A stretch of DNA of 64,000 nucleotides from an uncultured virus (IMG/VR IMGVR_UViG_2757320830_000006) (Duplodnaviria; Heunggongvirae; Uroviricota; Caudoviricetes): the IMG/VR virus record IMGVR_UViG_2757320830_000006. One strand, 5' to 3'. The notes below the pieces were generated by a model. That model did not search any database, was not told the DNA's origin, and saw only the letters and a program-made list of their open reading frames with translations. The position numbers and the translations under genes are program-made. Shown one piece after another: positions 1 to 9,692 of the stretch (positions are counted from its first letter, which is position 1; each line of letters opens with the position of its first letter).

Positions 1-861
1 CTAATCAGAATGTTGTTCTGATAAATTAACTCGTTTTAGATGAATGGCCATAAAAAGGATTTCTTCATCGGAAACCTTTTTATGCCAGACATTTTCAGCA
101 TAAGCTGCAACTGTCTCCGCACATTGATAATGTTCTTTGCAGTTACGTGCAATCAGTGACCGAAACTTCTTGTCATACTCTTCTTTGCCGCTGTCCTGTC
201 CGTTTTGGAACAGCCGCTGTGCAAAAAAGCGAAGATGCACTGCCAGACGACTGAATGCCAGTGAAGTATGGTCAAATTTTTTTCCATAATAAGACTCAAT
301 GACTTTTATGCACCCGTCTACAAATCGGGTAATGTCATTCATCACACTCATAGAGGTATTCAGTTCCGCATTGACAATATGCAGTGCAATAAAGCCTGCT
401 TCATCTTCCGGCAGAGAAACTGACAGCTTTTCCTTTATGCGTTTGATGCAATATCTTCCCATTTTAAACTCTTCCGGATAGCATTCCCGGATTGGTTCCA
501 GAAGTGGGTTTTTATAAAGCAGCCCCTGTTTCTGCCGCTTAATGGCAAAGTTGATATGGTCAGCTAATGTAATCAAAAGGCTTTCGTTCAGAGGATAGGA
601 AATTCTTTTGCGAATCTCCCCCACCAGCTCATCTGTTAGGAGAAAATGTTCATATGGAATTTGCTCCAGCAAATCAAGCAGCTTCTGCTGAACGGTAGGG
701 TTGGTCATACGATATGTCTTTTGTACAGAAGCAGAATCGACCTGTTCACCAACCTTGTGCCCAAATCCCAATCCACGACCTGTAACAATCATTTCACTGC
801 CATCCGCGTCGGTCACACACAGGATATTATTATTGATGACCTTTTTAATGCGAAAGCGCAT
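1..861 (-). CDS. BglG/LicT family transcriptional antiterminator (CAT RNA-binding + 2 PRD domains)
   Basis: N-terminal CAT motif 'RIKKVINNN...IVTGRGLGF' and PRD motifs 'LADHINFAI', 'EAGFIALHIVNA', 'FMAIHL'; probable ATG at 861. Confidence 0.93.
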   Translation of the reverse strand: MRFRIKKVINNNILCVTDADGSEMIVTGRGLGFGHKVGEQVDSASVQKTYRMTNPTVQQKLLDLLEQIPYEHFLLTDELVGEIRKRISYPLNESLLITLADHINFAIKRQKQGLLYKNPLLEPIRECYPEEFKMGRYCIKRIKEKLSVSLPEDEAGFIALHIVNAELNTSMSVMNDITRFVDGCIKVIESYYGKKFDHTSLAFSRLAVHLRFFAQRLFQNGQDSGKEEYDKKFRSLIARNCKEHYQCAETVAAYAENVWHKKVSDEEILFMAIHLKRVNLSEQHSD

Positions 862-938
862 AAGCACAGCCTTCCCTGAAAATAGCGCCTGGCGCTGCTG
901 AAAAGTCACTGCGGCGCTCTTGCTCTTTGATTATTTAT

Positions 939-966
939 ATTATCACAGTTTATAGATATATGTCAA
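939..966 (-). promoter_or_regulatory. Putative sigma-A promoter for the antiterminator gene
   Basis: Minus strand TTGACA (966-961), 16 nt, then GATAAT preceded by TG (extended -10). Confidence 0.5.
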
Positions 967-1271
967 TGATTTTTTGATAAAATTGCCAAACCTATGTAAA
1001 AGCGCACCTTCGACCATTTTGTATGCATATAATGTTTTCTCTGTATTTTTCTAAATGCGAATTGTTATTTATAATTTTATCAAAAAAGACTGCAATCTCC
1101 TAATTTGAAGCAAAAAGATACCCGGTTAGTTCGACGTAACAATTAGATTATGAACATCGATGTACTGGCAATTCATTTGATATCCATCATTTTCCCATAT
1201 TTGTTCTCTTTTTAACGTATCTAGCTATACTGTGAGGTAACAATCAGTCAGAGCTATATTAATTCCCTTTT

Positions 1272-1495
1272 TTACTTTTCCACCCGCCAATGCGGGGGCG
1301 TATCCGGACAAGGTTTGTAGCTTTGACCGTCCGCATTTCTACAAAACAGCCGCACAGCCGGCACATGCCATTTGGCAGATTCTAACACCTGCGACAAGCG
1401 TCCAGATACTCATGAACAGTTGCGTACAGTTTCTTTTCCGTTGTCATATCCTCCAGCGGGCATCTCCTGCAAGGCGGACGGTCCAAATTATTCAT
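1272..1495 (-). pseudogene. Degraded Cys-rich small protein (DUF6171-like)
   Basis: Minus strand reads MNNLDRPPCRRCPLEDM...CRRC*NLPNGMCRLCGCFVEMR, then after a frameshift CPDTPPHW; Cys pattern recalled from DUF6171; internal stop and frameshift. Confidence 0.5.
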
Positions 1496-1645
1496 TCTGC
1501 GGGGTCTACCTTTCCTGCCCACAGGCAGTTCTTCTGGGGGAATCATACTATAAAACCGCTGGTTGCGCAAGGCAAAACAAAAGCAGGGCTTTTCCCTGCT
1601 TGAGAGAAAGTGAATTGACCCCAAAAAGTTAGACAATATTTTAAA

Positions 1646-2542
1646 TCAAGCAACCGAAAGGGCTTGTTGCCTATGTAAAGCGGGCGGCAAACCCTTAAGT
1701 TTTGCTTTGATACGGCGGTTGTTGTAGTAATCCAGATAGTTTACGAGTTCGTCCTTGAACTGGTCGATTGAGTCGAATTCCTGCAAATACAGCAGTTCAC
1801 TTTTAAGCAAGCCAAAGAAATTTTCCATTACAGCGTTATCAAGGCAGTTCCCTTTGCGGCTCATGCTTTGTTGAATTCCTTTCTCGGCAAGCACTTTTCG
1901 ATACCGCTTGTGTTGGTACTGCCAGCCTTGATCGGAGTGGAGAATAAGTTGTGTACCATCGGGAATTTTCTCAAATGCTTTGTCCAGCATTTCCGTTACC
2001 ATCGACAAAACCGGCCTGTCCGAAATGGTGTAGCTGACAATATCCCTGCTGCACAAATCCAGAATCGGTGACAAATACACTTTCTGCCCGAACAGGCTAA
2101 ATTCGGTCACATCGGTTACCCATTTCTGATTTGGTGTCGTTGCTTCAAAGTCCCGTTTCAGCAGATTTGGAGCAATTTTACCCACCTCACCCTTGTAAGA
2201 ACGATATTTCTTCATTCTCACTCGGCATACGAGTCCAAGCTGCTTCATTAACCTCTGGACGGTTTTGTGATTGATGCAGTATCCTCTACTGTGCAGAACA
2301 TCTGTGATACGGCGATAACCATAGCGCCCCTTGTTTTCATGGTAGATTTCAGTGATCTGTTCTTTGATTTCGCTGTATTTATCCGGTTGCATTCTACGCT
2401 TGGCATAGTAGTAATAGGTTGATCGCGGCAAACCGGATACTTCAATTAGTAGTGAAATCTTGTGTTTATGCCTTAGTTCCCAGATCACTTGCGCCTTTTG
2501 TCGCGGCGTTCCTCTTCCAAAACCAAGGCATTCAATTTTTTT
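1646..2542 (-). CDS. IS3 transposase OrfB (DDE integrase core), expressed by -1 frameshift
   Basis: 'YGYRRI', 'WVTDVTEF', 'HSDQGWQY', 'GNCLDNAVMENFFGLLKSE'; A7 slippery run at 2536-2542 on the minus strand joins OrfA to the -1 frame. Confidence 0.93.
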   Translation of the reverse strand, partial: KKIECLGFGRGTPRQKAQVIWELRHKHKISLLIEVSGLPRSTYYYYAKRRMQPDKYSEIKEQITEIYHENKGRYGYRRITDVLHSRGYCINHKTVQRLMKQLGLVCRVRMKKYRSYKGEVGKIAPNLLKRDFEATTPNQKWVTDVTEFSLFGQKVYLSPILDLCSRDIVSYTISDRPVLSMVTEMLDKAFEKIPDGTQLILHSDQGWQYQHKRYRKVLAEKGIQQSMSRKGNCLDNAVMENFFGLLKSELLYLQEFDSIDQFKDELVNYLDYYNNRRIKAKLKGLPPALHRQQALSVA

Positions 2543-2850
2543 AAGTAATCTACCTCTGCACGCAACCGTTGGTTTTCTGCAATCAAATCTTCTTCTACCT
2601 TTTTGTTCAGCTTTGGGTTGCGTTCTTTCTGAGTGCCGCTTGCAGCACTGGCTCGACCACGGCGTTCCACATATAGCCCTTCTGGTCCTTCTTCCAGATA
2701 AATTCGTTCCCATTGAGCAACGCTTTTATGGTCAGACACGTGAAACTGCCGCGCTGCTTCACTGTAACTGAGTTTCTCTGTTTGCATAGCTTCTACAACC
2801 TGCTGTTTGAATTCTCCTGTGTATCGTTTCTTTGCTTTACCTTTTGGCAT
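2485..2850 (-). CDS. IS3 transposase OrfA (HTH)
   Basis: 'RYTGEFKQQVV...SYSEAARQF...VAQWER' HTH and 'ENQRLRAEVDYLKKL' zipper. Confidence 0.92.
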   Translation of the reverse strand: MPKGKAKKRYTGEFKQQVVEAMQTEKLSYSEAARQFHVSDHKSVAQWERIYLEEGPEGLYVERRGRASAASGTQKERNPKLNKKVEEDLIAENQRLRAEVDYLKKLNALVLEEERRDKRRK

Positions 2851-2908
2851 AAAAACACCCCATTTGTTTTCAGTATATCATACTGTCTAACAAATGGGGT
2901 GCAGTTCA

Positions 2909-3543
2909 GATTCGGCGGAAGTTCTAATTCCAACAAAGTAGCAATCCTTGAGGAAGGCATGACCTATACGCCAATTTCCATCAGTCCGGAGCAGGCGCAG
3001 TTCCTTGAAACGCGCAAGTTCCAGTTAGACGAAATTGCGAGGATTTTCCGCATCCCGCCGCACATGATCGGCGATTTGGAACATGCAACCTTCTCGAACA
3101 TTGAGCAGCAAAGCTTGGAATTTGTCACTTATACGCTGGAGCCGTGGCTCGTACGCTGGGAACAGTCCATGCAGCGCTCGCTCCTTTCTCCGGAGGAAAA
3201 GAAAAGCTACTTCATCCGCTTTAATGTAGACGGGCTCCTGCGGGGAGACTACCAGAGCCGCATGAACGGTTATTCGACCGGCATTCAGAACGGAATTTTT
3301 TCCGTGAATGATGTGCGGGAACTTGAGAACATGGATCTCCTTTCCGACGAGGAAGGCGGCAATATCCACGTCCTGAACGGAAACGTGGTAAAGCTCGCGG
3401 ATGCCGGATCAGCATACAATCAGAATTCAAACAAGGGGGATACCAATGGAAAAGGCAAACAAGTTCTGGAGATGGGCAAGAAACAAGCTGTCCGATCCAG
3501 CAAATCCCGGACAGGAAACGGAAGAACGGACGCTGTTCCTTGA
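2909..3543 (+). pseudogene. HK97-family portal protein, 3' half only
   Basis: 'FGGSSNSNKVAILEEGMTYTPISISPEQAQFLETRKFQ' nearly identical to the portal at 46371; begins immediately after the IS end. Confidence 0.92.
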
Positions 3544-4309
3544 CGGTACAATCGCGGAAGAGAGCTGGTTTGACGACGACGTCACTCCGGCTCTTTTTAG
3601 ATCGGAATTGGAAAGCAGCTCCGGTAACATCACGGTATGGCTGAACTCTCCGGGCGGCGACTGTTTTGCGGCAGCACAGATTTACAACATGCTCCGCGAC
3701 TACAAGGGCAAGGTCACAATTAAGATTGACGGTCTTGCGGCTTCCGCGGCAAGCGTCATTGCGATGGCTGGCGACAAAGTTCTGATGTCTCCGGTCTCGA
3801 TGCTCATGATCCACAATCCGAGCACAGTCGCTATGGGCAGCACTGACGAAATGCAGAAGGCAATCGAAATGCTGGACGAGGTGAAAAACTCCATCGTCAA
3901 CGCTTACCAGACAAAGACCGGCCTTTCGAGGAATAAACTCAGTAAGCTCATGGATGAAGAGACCTGGATGAATGCTGGGAAAGCAGTCGAGCTGCATTTT
4001 GCGGACGGTGTGATTGAGAGGAGCTCCCTCTATGGTAGAAAACCGGAAACAGAGCCTGACGAAACACCTGCTGAGGATGAACCGGACGAAAGAAGCACAT
4101 CAGAAAAGGAATCCGATGAGGTTGAGCCGAAATCCATGCTCTTCTCCCGTTACAGAGCTGCGGCAGCCATGAACAAGAAGCTCTGCGACTACTGCAGGGA
4201 ACATTCCGAAAAACCGCCTGATAACGAAAAGCAGGCAAAAGTTTACAACACAGGCAGATCGGTCGAAGACCTCGAAAAGCGTCTCGACCTCATGAAACAG
4301 TTCATTTAA
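3446..4309 (+). CDS. Phage prohead maturation protease, ClpP-like
   Basis: 'LNSPGGD', 'IDGLAASAASVIAMAG', 'MIHNP'; lies between portal and capsid. Confidence 0.92.
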   Translation: MEKANKFWRWARNKLSDPANPGQETEERTLFLDGTIAEESWFDDDVTPALFRSELESSSGNITVWLNSPGGDCFAAAQIYNMLRDYKGKVTIKIDGLAASAASVIAMAGDKVLMSPVSMLMIHNPSTVAMGSTDEMQKAIEMLDEVKNSIVNAYQTKTGLSRNKLSKLMDEETWMNAGKAVELHFADGVIERSSLYGRKPETEPDETPAEDEPDERSTSEKESDEVEPKSMLFSRYRAAAAMNKKLCDYCREHSEKPPDNEKQAKVYNTGRSVEDLEKRLDLMKQFI

Positions 4310-4324
4310 TAGGAGGACAACATC

Positions 4325-5521
4325 ATGAATGTACAGGAATTAATTAATAAGAGAGCCAAGGCGTGGGAAACGGCAAAGGCATTTCTCGAATCCCACCGCA
4401 GCAGCGGCGGCATCCTTTCTGAGGAAGACGGAGCCGCCTACGACAAGATGGAAAAGGAAATCACCGGCCTCACAAAGGAAATCGACAGGCTGAACCGCCA
4501 AAAGTCTATCGAGGAACAGATGAGCCAGCCGGTCAATATTCCCCTTACCGGGAAGCCAGGTGCCGGAACAGAGAATAAGCCGGAGAAACACGGCAGAGCA
4601 TCTGACGCCTACGCGAAAGCAATGCTCACAGCCATGCGCAGCGGCTTCCATCAGGTGTCGGACATTCTGCAGGAAGGCACTGACGCGAACGGCGGTTACC
4701 TCGTTCCGGAAGAATGGGACTCCCGCCTTATCGACAAACTCACAGAAGAAAACATCTTCCGCAGCCTTGCAACGACCATCACTACGTCCGGCGAGCACAA
4801 GATCAACATTGCGGGAACGAAACCCGCAGCGGCATGGATTGAGGAAGGCGAAGCGTTGACTTTCGGAGATGCGACGTTCGACCAGATCGTCCTTGATGCA
4901 CACAAGCTCCACGTGGCCATCAAGGTAACCGAGGAACTGCTTTACGACAACGCCTTCAATCTGGAAAACTACATCATTGACCAGTTCGGCAAGGCGCTCG
5001 GCAATGCCGAAGAGGACGCTTTCCTGAACGGCAGCGGAACCGGAAAGCCGACCGGCATCTTTGCGGACAAGGGCGGCGGTGTAACGGCTGTAACCTTAAG
5101 TGGTACAAAGCTCGCGACGGATGATATTCTCACCCTGATTTATGCCTTGAAGCGCCCGTACCGCAAGAACGCCTGCTTTATTCTGAATGACTCCACCCTC
5201 GCGGCAATCCGCAAACTCAAGGACAACAACCAGGCCTACATCTGGCAGCCGTCCTATCAGGCTGGCGAACCGGACAGGCTTTGCGGCTACGCTGTGCGCA
5301 CTTCCGCTTATGCGCCTGCTCTTGAAGCCGGAAAAGCCGCGATCGCCTTCGGTGATTTCAGCTACTACAACATCGGTGACAGAGGAACCAGAAGTTTTCA
5401 GGAACTCCGCGAGCTCTTTGCCGGTAACGGAATGATCGGCTATGTGGCGAAGGAACGTGTCGACGGCAAGCTTGTGCTGCCGGAAGCTGTCCAGATCCTG
5501 AAAGCTGGAGCAAGTGCCTGA
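4325..5521 (+). CDS. HK97-family major capsid protein
   Basis: 'GGYLVPEE', 'AFLNGSGTGKPTGI', 'FGDFSYY'; AGGAGG RBS. Confidence 0.94.
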   Translation: MNVQELINKRAKAWETAKAFLESHRSSGGILSEEDGAAYDKMEKEITGLTKEIDRLNRQKSIEEQMSQPVNIPLTGKPGAGTENKPEKHGRASDAYAKAMLTAMRSGFHQVSDILQEGTDANGGYLVPEEWDSRLIDKLTEENIFRSLATTITTSGEHKINIAGTKPAAAWIEEGEALTFGDATFDQIVLDAHKLHVAIKVTEELLYDNAFNLENYIIDQFGKALGNAEEDAFLNGSGTGKPTGIFADKGGGVTAVTLSGTKLATDDILTLIYALKRPYRKNACFILNDSTLAAIRKLKDNNQAYIWQPSYQAGEPDRLCGYAVRTSAYAPALEAGKAAIAFGDFSYYNIGDRGTRSFQELRELFAGNGMIGYVAKERVDGKLVLPEAVQILKAGASA

Positions 5522-5561
5522 ATCAACTGATTCAAAAGTAGAACAGAGGCGGTGACACATC

Positions 5562-5837
5562 ATGCTGATTACACTGGATGAAGCAAAGCTTTATCTGCAT
5601 ATTGACTCTACAGATGAGGATTCCGTGATAACGGGATTTATAGAAACAGCAGAGAAGCTGTGTATGGACATTGCACGTGTAGACGAAGCAGAACTTCTTG
5701 CTTCAAAAGAAACCGCGCGGATTGCGGAACTTTACGCGGTGGCCTATCTGTACGAAAACCGGGAAAACGCGGATTTTGGAGGACTGACTTCCATGCTCCG
5801 CACTCTCCTTTTTGGTATCCGCAAAGACGCGTTTTAG
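5562..5837 (+). CDS. Head-tail connector (gp6-like)
   Basis: 'ITLDEAKLYLHID...AVAYLYENRE'. Confidence 0.9.
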   Translation: MLITLDEAKLYLHIDSTDEDSVITGFIETAEKLCMDIARVDEAELLASKETARIAELYAVAYLYENRENADFGGLTSMLRTLLFGIRKDAF

Positions 5838-5848
5838 GAGTGTCTGCC

Positions 5849-6208
5849 ATGAGATATAAAATGTATATCAGCGAGCTGCGGACCATAATCCGCATTCAGA
5901 GAAAAGTTGTCACCGGTACAGGTATTCATCAGACAACAAGCTGGATTGACCTTGGCAACACGCTTTCCAGCGATCCGCCCCGCTATCTGCGGTGCAAATG
6001 GTATCCTTTGGGCGGAACCGAAGCGTGGATTGCCCAGTCCGTCCAGGTGATTGACGCGGCGAATGTTGTCTTGAGGTATAATCCGCTGATTACCGCTTCC
6101 TGCAGACTGATCCGCGGCAGTATTGTTTACACAATCATCGACCCGATGGACCCGGACCAGCACCGCGAATGGACAGTTTTTAAAGTCAAGGCTTCTCTGA
6201 ACGGTTAA
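5849..6208 (+). CDS. Probable head closure / head-tail adaptor
   Basis: Position after the connector, about 119 aa, pattern 'LRTIIRIQ...W...LRYNPLITASCRL...YTI'; AGGAG RBS. Confidence 0.65.
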   Translation: MRYKMYISELRTIIRIQRKVVTGTGIHQTTSWIDLGNTLSSDPPRYLRCKWYPLGGTEAWIAQSVQVIDAANVVLRYNPLITASCRLIRGSIVYTIIDPMDPDQHREWTVFKVKASLNG

Positions 6209-6216
6209 TTTCTTTT

Positions 6217-6247
6217 GAGCGGTCGTCCATACAGGCGGCCGCTTTTC
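6217..6247 (+). terminator. Hairpin terminator after the adaptor gene
   Basis: GAGCGGTCGTC-CATACA-GGCGGCCGCTT followed by TT. Confidence 0.55.
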
Positions 6248-6276
6248 ATATGTAAATGTACAAGGAGGCATATCTC

Positions 6277-6690
6277 ATGAAGGAATTCTGGAATTTCATA
6301 CAATTTGTGTTTGCCGCCATCGGCGGGTGGCTCGGCTATTTTCTCGGCGGCTGCGACGGCCTGCTTTATGCGCTGCTCCTCTTCGTCATCTGCGACTACA
6401 TCACCGGCGTCCTGTGTGCAGTTTCGGACAAAAAACTTTCATCCGAGGTCGGTTTCAGGGGAATCTGCCGGAAGGTGCTGATTTTTCTGCTGGTCGGAAT
6501 CGGAAACGTAATTGACGTGCAGGTTCTCGGCCAGCCGGGCGTGCTCCGGACGGCAATCATCTTCTTCTATCTCTCAAACGAAGGGCTGTCTCTGACAGAG
6601 AATGCGGCACACCTGGGACTTCCGATACCGGAAAAGCTCAAGACTGTGCTGGAACAGCTCCATGACCGTGATGAAAAGGAGGACAAGTAA
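6277..6690 (+). CDS. Phage holin (holin_4 family)
   Basis: 'GGWLGYFLGGCDG...DYITGV...NEGLSLTENAAHLGLPIP'; paralog of 61594-62004. Confidence 0.92.
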   Translation: MKEFWNFIQFVFAAIGGWLGYFLGGCDGLLYALLLFVICDYITGVLCAVSDKKLSSEVGFRGICRKVLIFLLVGIGNVIDVQVLGQPGVLRTAIIFFYLSNEGLSLTENAAHLGLPIPEKLKTVLEQLHDRDEKEDK

Positions 6691-6691
6691 C

Positions 6692-6772
6692 ATGACTGGA
6701 ATCAAAGGAATCGACATATCGGTATGGCGGTTCTTTATTGATTCCAACAAGTCGAAAAGCAAATTTCAGTAA
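6692..6772 (+). pseudogene. GH25 endolysin stub
   Basis: MTGIKGIDISVW matches the start of the intact lysin (MAIKGIDVSHW), then diverges and stops after 26 codons. Confidence 0.75.
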
Positions 6773-6796
6773 GATAACATATTGTGCATCCACCCC

Positions 6797-6839
6797 GCCT
6801 GCGAGTGTTCCCTCATCGGAATACCCGCAGGCTTTTTTT
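6797..6839 (+). terminator. Rho-independent terminator
   Basis: GCCTGCGAGTGTTCC-loop-GGAATACCCGCAGGC followed by T7. Confidence 0.75.
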
Positions 6840-6897
6840 ATTTTCTTTCGCTCAAGTCGTTCCTCCATCTCCAGTGAAAAGTGGAGGTGGATAACCG

Positions 6898-7104
6898 ATG
6901 GCAGAAGAAGCAAAAACGAATCATACCGGATTCTTTACACAGAAAAAGCTGCAGGGTGATTTTGATTACTACCGCGCCCAGAAAATTGCAGAAATCATGC
7001 TTACAAACGATCTGATTTCTCAAGCTGAATTCAACAAATTAACGGACATCAACCGCAGAACTTTCTCTCCTCTGTACGTGGAAATCATGCCGGAAATTGC
7101 TTGA
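6898..7104 (+). CDS. Small SHOCT-like protein preceding the recombinase cluster
   Basis: 'DFDYYRAQ...LISQAEFNKL..INRRTFSP'; paralog of 63091-63303. Confidence 0.8.
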   Translation: MAEEAKTNHTGFFTQKKLQGDFDYYRAQKIAEIMLTNDLISQAEFNKLTDINRRTFSPLYVEIMPEIA

Positions 7105-7155
7105 TAGTTCCGGCAATCAGAGTGATAAATAGACGTACCAGAAGGAGGTGAGTGT

Positions 7156-7554
7156 ATGAAAAAGGTCACAAAAATTGGGGAAAACAAAAAGGTCAATTAT
7201 AATGGCAGGAAACTTCGCGCAGCTGCTTACTGCCGTGTTTCGACCGATTCTAATGAACAGGCAGAAAGCCTGAAGGCCCAGAAGGAGCACTATGAAAGTT
7301 ACATCAAGTCGCGCGATGACTGGAAGTTCGCCGGGCTTTATTACGATGAAGGCATCACGGGAACCAAAAAAGAGAAGCGTCCTCAGCTGCGGAAAATGAT
7401 GGCCGACTGCAAAGCTGGAAAGATTGATTTCATCGTAACCAAATCCATCAGCCGTTTCTCCCGGAATACGGCCGACTGTCTGGAACTGACACGAAAGCTT
7501 CTCACGCTGAATATTCCCGTTTACTTTGAAAAGGAGAATATCAAGAACCGCTGA
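7156..7554 (+). pseudogene. Large serine recombinase, N-terminal catalytic fragment
   Basis: 'AAYCRVST...Q...YYDEGITG...RPQL...KSISRFSRN'; similarity to the 63334 paralog ends at FEKENI (about 7544). Confidence 0.9.
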
Positions 7555-7594
7555 AAGCCCATAAATTCAATGGATTTCGGCGGTTCTTTCTTTA

Positions 7595-7616
7595 ATTTGT
7601 CGCTTATTTGTCGCTT
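7595..7616. repeat. Tandem 11-bp direct repeat (ATTTGTCGCTT)x2 next to a 14-bp inverted repeat at 7543-7588
   Basis: Directly visible; resembles tyrosine-integrase arm-type sites. Confidence 0.7.
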
Positions 7617-7664
7617 AATTCTACAATATGAAATTGAATGGTATTGAAAGAGACAATTAAACAT

Positions 7665-8624
7665 TTAAGAATTAGCCACGGTTGCTAATTCAGGGCCATA
7701 TAAATCAAACAAGCTCATTTGTCCGGATTCCTTCATTTTGGGTTCGTATTTGTCCCGAACTTCTTGCATAAATTCTCCAATTGCGTCAGGATGATTTTTC
7801 AAAAACCATTTCACATGATTCTTTATATATTCCTCGCGAATCTGTGGGTCATTAAGATCATTTGGCACACGTTTCATTCTTTCATCAATACTATCAAACC
7901 CATCAAATTTTTCAGAAAGACGTTCTTTTGTCATATCAATATAATCGGGGTTAATGTCTATCCCTATCCCGTTTCTATCTGTTTGTTGGCACACCCTCAA
8001 AGCTGTGCCACTCCCTACAAATGGGTCAAGGACAGTATCTCCGGGATCAGATGATGCTAAAATCATGCGTTCAAATAACCCTTCTGGTTTTTGAGTCGGA
8101 TGTTGTTTCCGATTCTTATTGCAATAATGCATATGAGAAAACTCCCATACATTTCCGGGATTAGCTCCCCGCATATTATTTACGGAACGATAATATTTTT
8201 GTGGAACTCTTACATCGTCCAAATGAAAAACAAATTTTTTAGGGTTTTTTGTGAACATTAAAATATCGTCATGCCGCGGAGAAAAGCCTTTTGTTTTTCC
8301 TATTCCCTGTGTGTAATACCACGTTATCCAAGAATTGAACGTCATTCCCAAATCTTGCTCAAGAATGGTATAAATGTATGAAATATAGCGCATTCCCATA
8401 AATACATACATTGTTCCATCATCTGTAAGAACACGCTTCGCTTCTGTAAGCCATTGACGGGAAAAATCCAAGTATTCATCAAACTTTAATTTATCCTGAT
8501 TGTTTCCGTAATTCTTATTCAAATTATATGGTGGGTCAGTAGCTATAAGACGTATGCTTTTATCGGGTATTTTTTTTAATTCTTCAATAGCATCCCCACA
8601 AATTGTTTTTAATTCTTTATCCAT
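7665..8624 (-). CDS. hpaIM: Type II amino-methyltransferase, M.HpaI-like
   Basis: DPPY precedes 'DPFVGSGT' (beta class); 'WITWYYTQGIGKT', 'ANPGNVWEFSH.HYCNKNRK' recalled from M.HpaI. Confidence 0.88.
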   Translation of the reverse strand: MDKELKTICGDAIEELKKIPDKSIRLIATDPPYNLNKNYGNNQDKLKFDEYLDFSRQWLTEAKRVLTDDGTMYVFMGMRYISYIYTILEQDLGMTFNSWITWYYTQGIGKTKGFSPRHDDILMFTKNPKKFVFHLDDVRVPQKYYRSVNNMRGANPGNVWEFSHMHYCNKNRKQHPTQKPEGLFERMILASSDPGDTVLDPFVGSGTALRVCQQTDRNGIGIDINPDYIDMTKERLSEKFDGFDSIDERMKRVPNDLNDPQIREEYIKNHVKWFLKNHPDAIGEFMQEVRDKYEPKMKESGQMSLFDLYGPELATVANS

Positions 8625-9373
8625 TGATTCTTTTTTGCCTCTCTGTAAAAATCATTAAATGTCCTGCGGGAACTATGCAAATATTTATGGTCAAGAAGCT
8701 GGCACATTTCCCATGTAGTTCTGTATTGATATGTCACATAATGAATATCCTTAATTTGAATCTGTCCTGTTCCAAGGGCGGGGTTATAGTTTATATCTGC
8801 GTCGCTTATAAATTTCAAGTCATAAGCGTTATAATCAACGACTTCCATAATACCGTCAACAAGACCCGTTTTATTGTTTCTTTCAGAATACACACGATGC
8901 TTGATTGAAAGAATAATAAACATAAAATCCGGGTCTTTCACATAAGCCGTTCTGATTCTTGAAAATGAAGTAATATTAGGACCTTTACCACTATTAGGAA
9001 TATCATTTGCTGTGGCTTTTACATCAACATTTCCGGTTAATACAGATTGACCTTTTCTAAATTGAAGGATAATGTCCGCCATTCCCAAACGCTCTTGTGC
9101 TTCAACGTTTATCAAATTGTATTCGTTGTTCTTATCATCTCTAATTCCTGCGAAAACTTCACCCGCCCATGCTTCTATCATCGGTCCGGCAATTTTGTTA
9201 ATATTTTCCAGTGGCAAACCCAATCGTAAATTTGTGTTCATGATAATCTTATTATCATTTGCCGCTTTTCGTTCGTCCAAGATTGCCGTGATTTGCTGAA
9301 TTACAAACGCTGAATCCTCGCGATAGGTAGGCGATTCTTTAGGAATTTTGAAAATCAAATCTTCGTACTGCAT
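8609..9373 (-). CDS. hpaIR: Type II restriction endonuclease, R.HpaI-like (predicted GTTAAC)
   Basis: 254 aa; 'GLPLENINKIAGPMIEAWA', 'GNVDVKAT', 'PNITSFSRIRTAY', 'YNPALGTGQIQIKDIHYV' recalled from R.HpaI; overlaps the MTase. Confidence 0.85.
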   Translation of the reverse strand: MQYEDLIFKIPKESPTYREDSAFVIQQITAILDERKAANDNKIIMNTNLRLGLPLENINKIAGPMIEAWAGEVFAGIRDDKNNEYNLINVEAQERLGMADIILQFRKGQSVLTGNVDVKATANDIPNSGKGPNITSFSRIRTAYVKDPDFMFIILSIKHRVYSERNNKTGLVDGIMEVVDYNAYDLKFISDADINYNPALGTGQIQIKDIHYVTYQYRTTWEMCQLLDHKYLHSSRRTFNDFYREAKKNQWIKN

Positions 9374-9382
9374 TGTATTATG

Positions 9383-9592
9383 TCATCCTTTCTCATTTTG
9401 TATTTCTACAATATCATCAAGCCCGCAGTTTAACGCGGTGCATACTTTCGCAAGGCTTTCCATTGACACCGGTTCACATCGGCCCATTTTGGCAAGAACA
9501 TTCGTGCTGATTCCTGCTTGCTTGCTCATTTCTGTTTTTGTCATGCCTTTATCAATTAGCATTTTCCACAAACGGTTATAATTGTATTTCAT
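9383..9592 (-). CDS. Xre/Cro-C1 HTH regulator upstream of the R-M genes
   Basis: 'YNRLWKMLIDKGMTKTE...GISTNVLAKMG...SLAKVCTALNC'. Confidence 0.88.
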   Translation of the reverse strand: MKYNYNRLWKMLIDKGMTKTEMSKQAGISTNVLAKMGRCEPVSMESLAKVCTALNCGLDDIVEIQNEKG

Positions 9593-9692
9593 GCGCTTGC
9601 CCCTTTGATTGATAAAAGAAATCCATTGAACAGTATAGCATAATCAAGCAGCGAATTAAATAATTTATCACGGTTTCATGATAACCGGGCGG

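Larger units (their letters stand above)
1611..2908 (-). mobile_element. IS3 family (IS150-like) insertion sequence, 1298 bp
   Basis: Imperfect terminal IRs TGAATTGACCCCAAAAAGTTAGACA (1611-1635) and TGTCTAACAAATGGGGTGCAGTTCA (2884-2908), TG...CA ends, orfA/orfB architecture. Confidence 0.93.

Noticed and set aside
862..1270. RAT antiterminator site for the BglG/LicT protein
   Set aside because: No convincing RAT consensus or overlapping terminator found by eye
2713..2908. N-terminal extension of the portal ORF
   Set aside because: Chance read-through from the antisense strand of the IS
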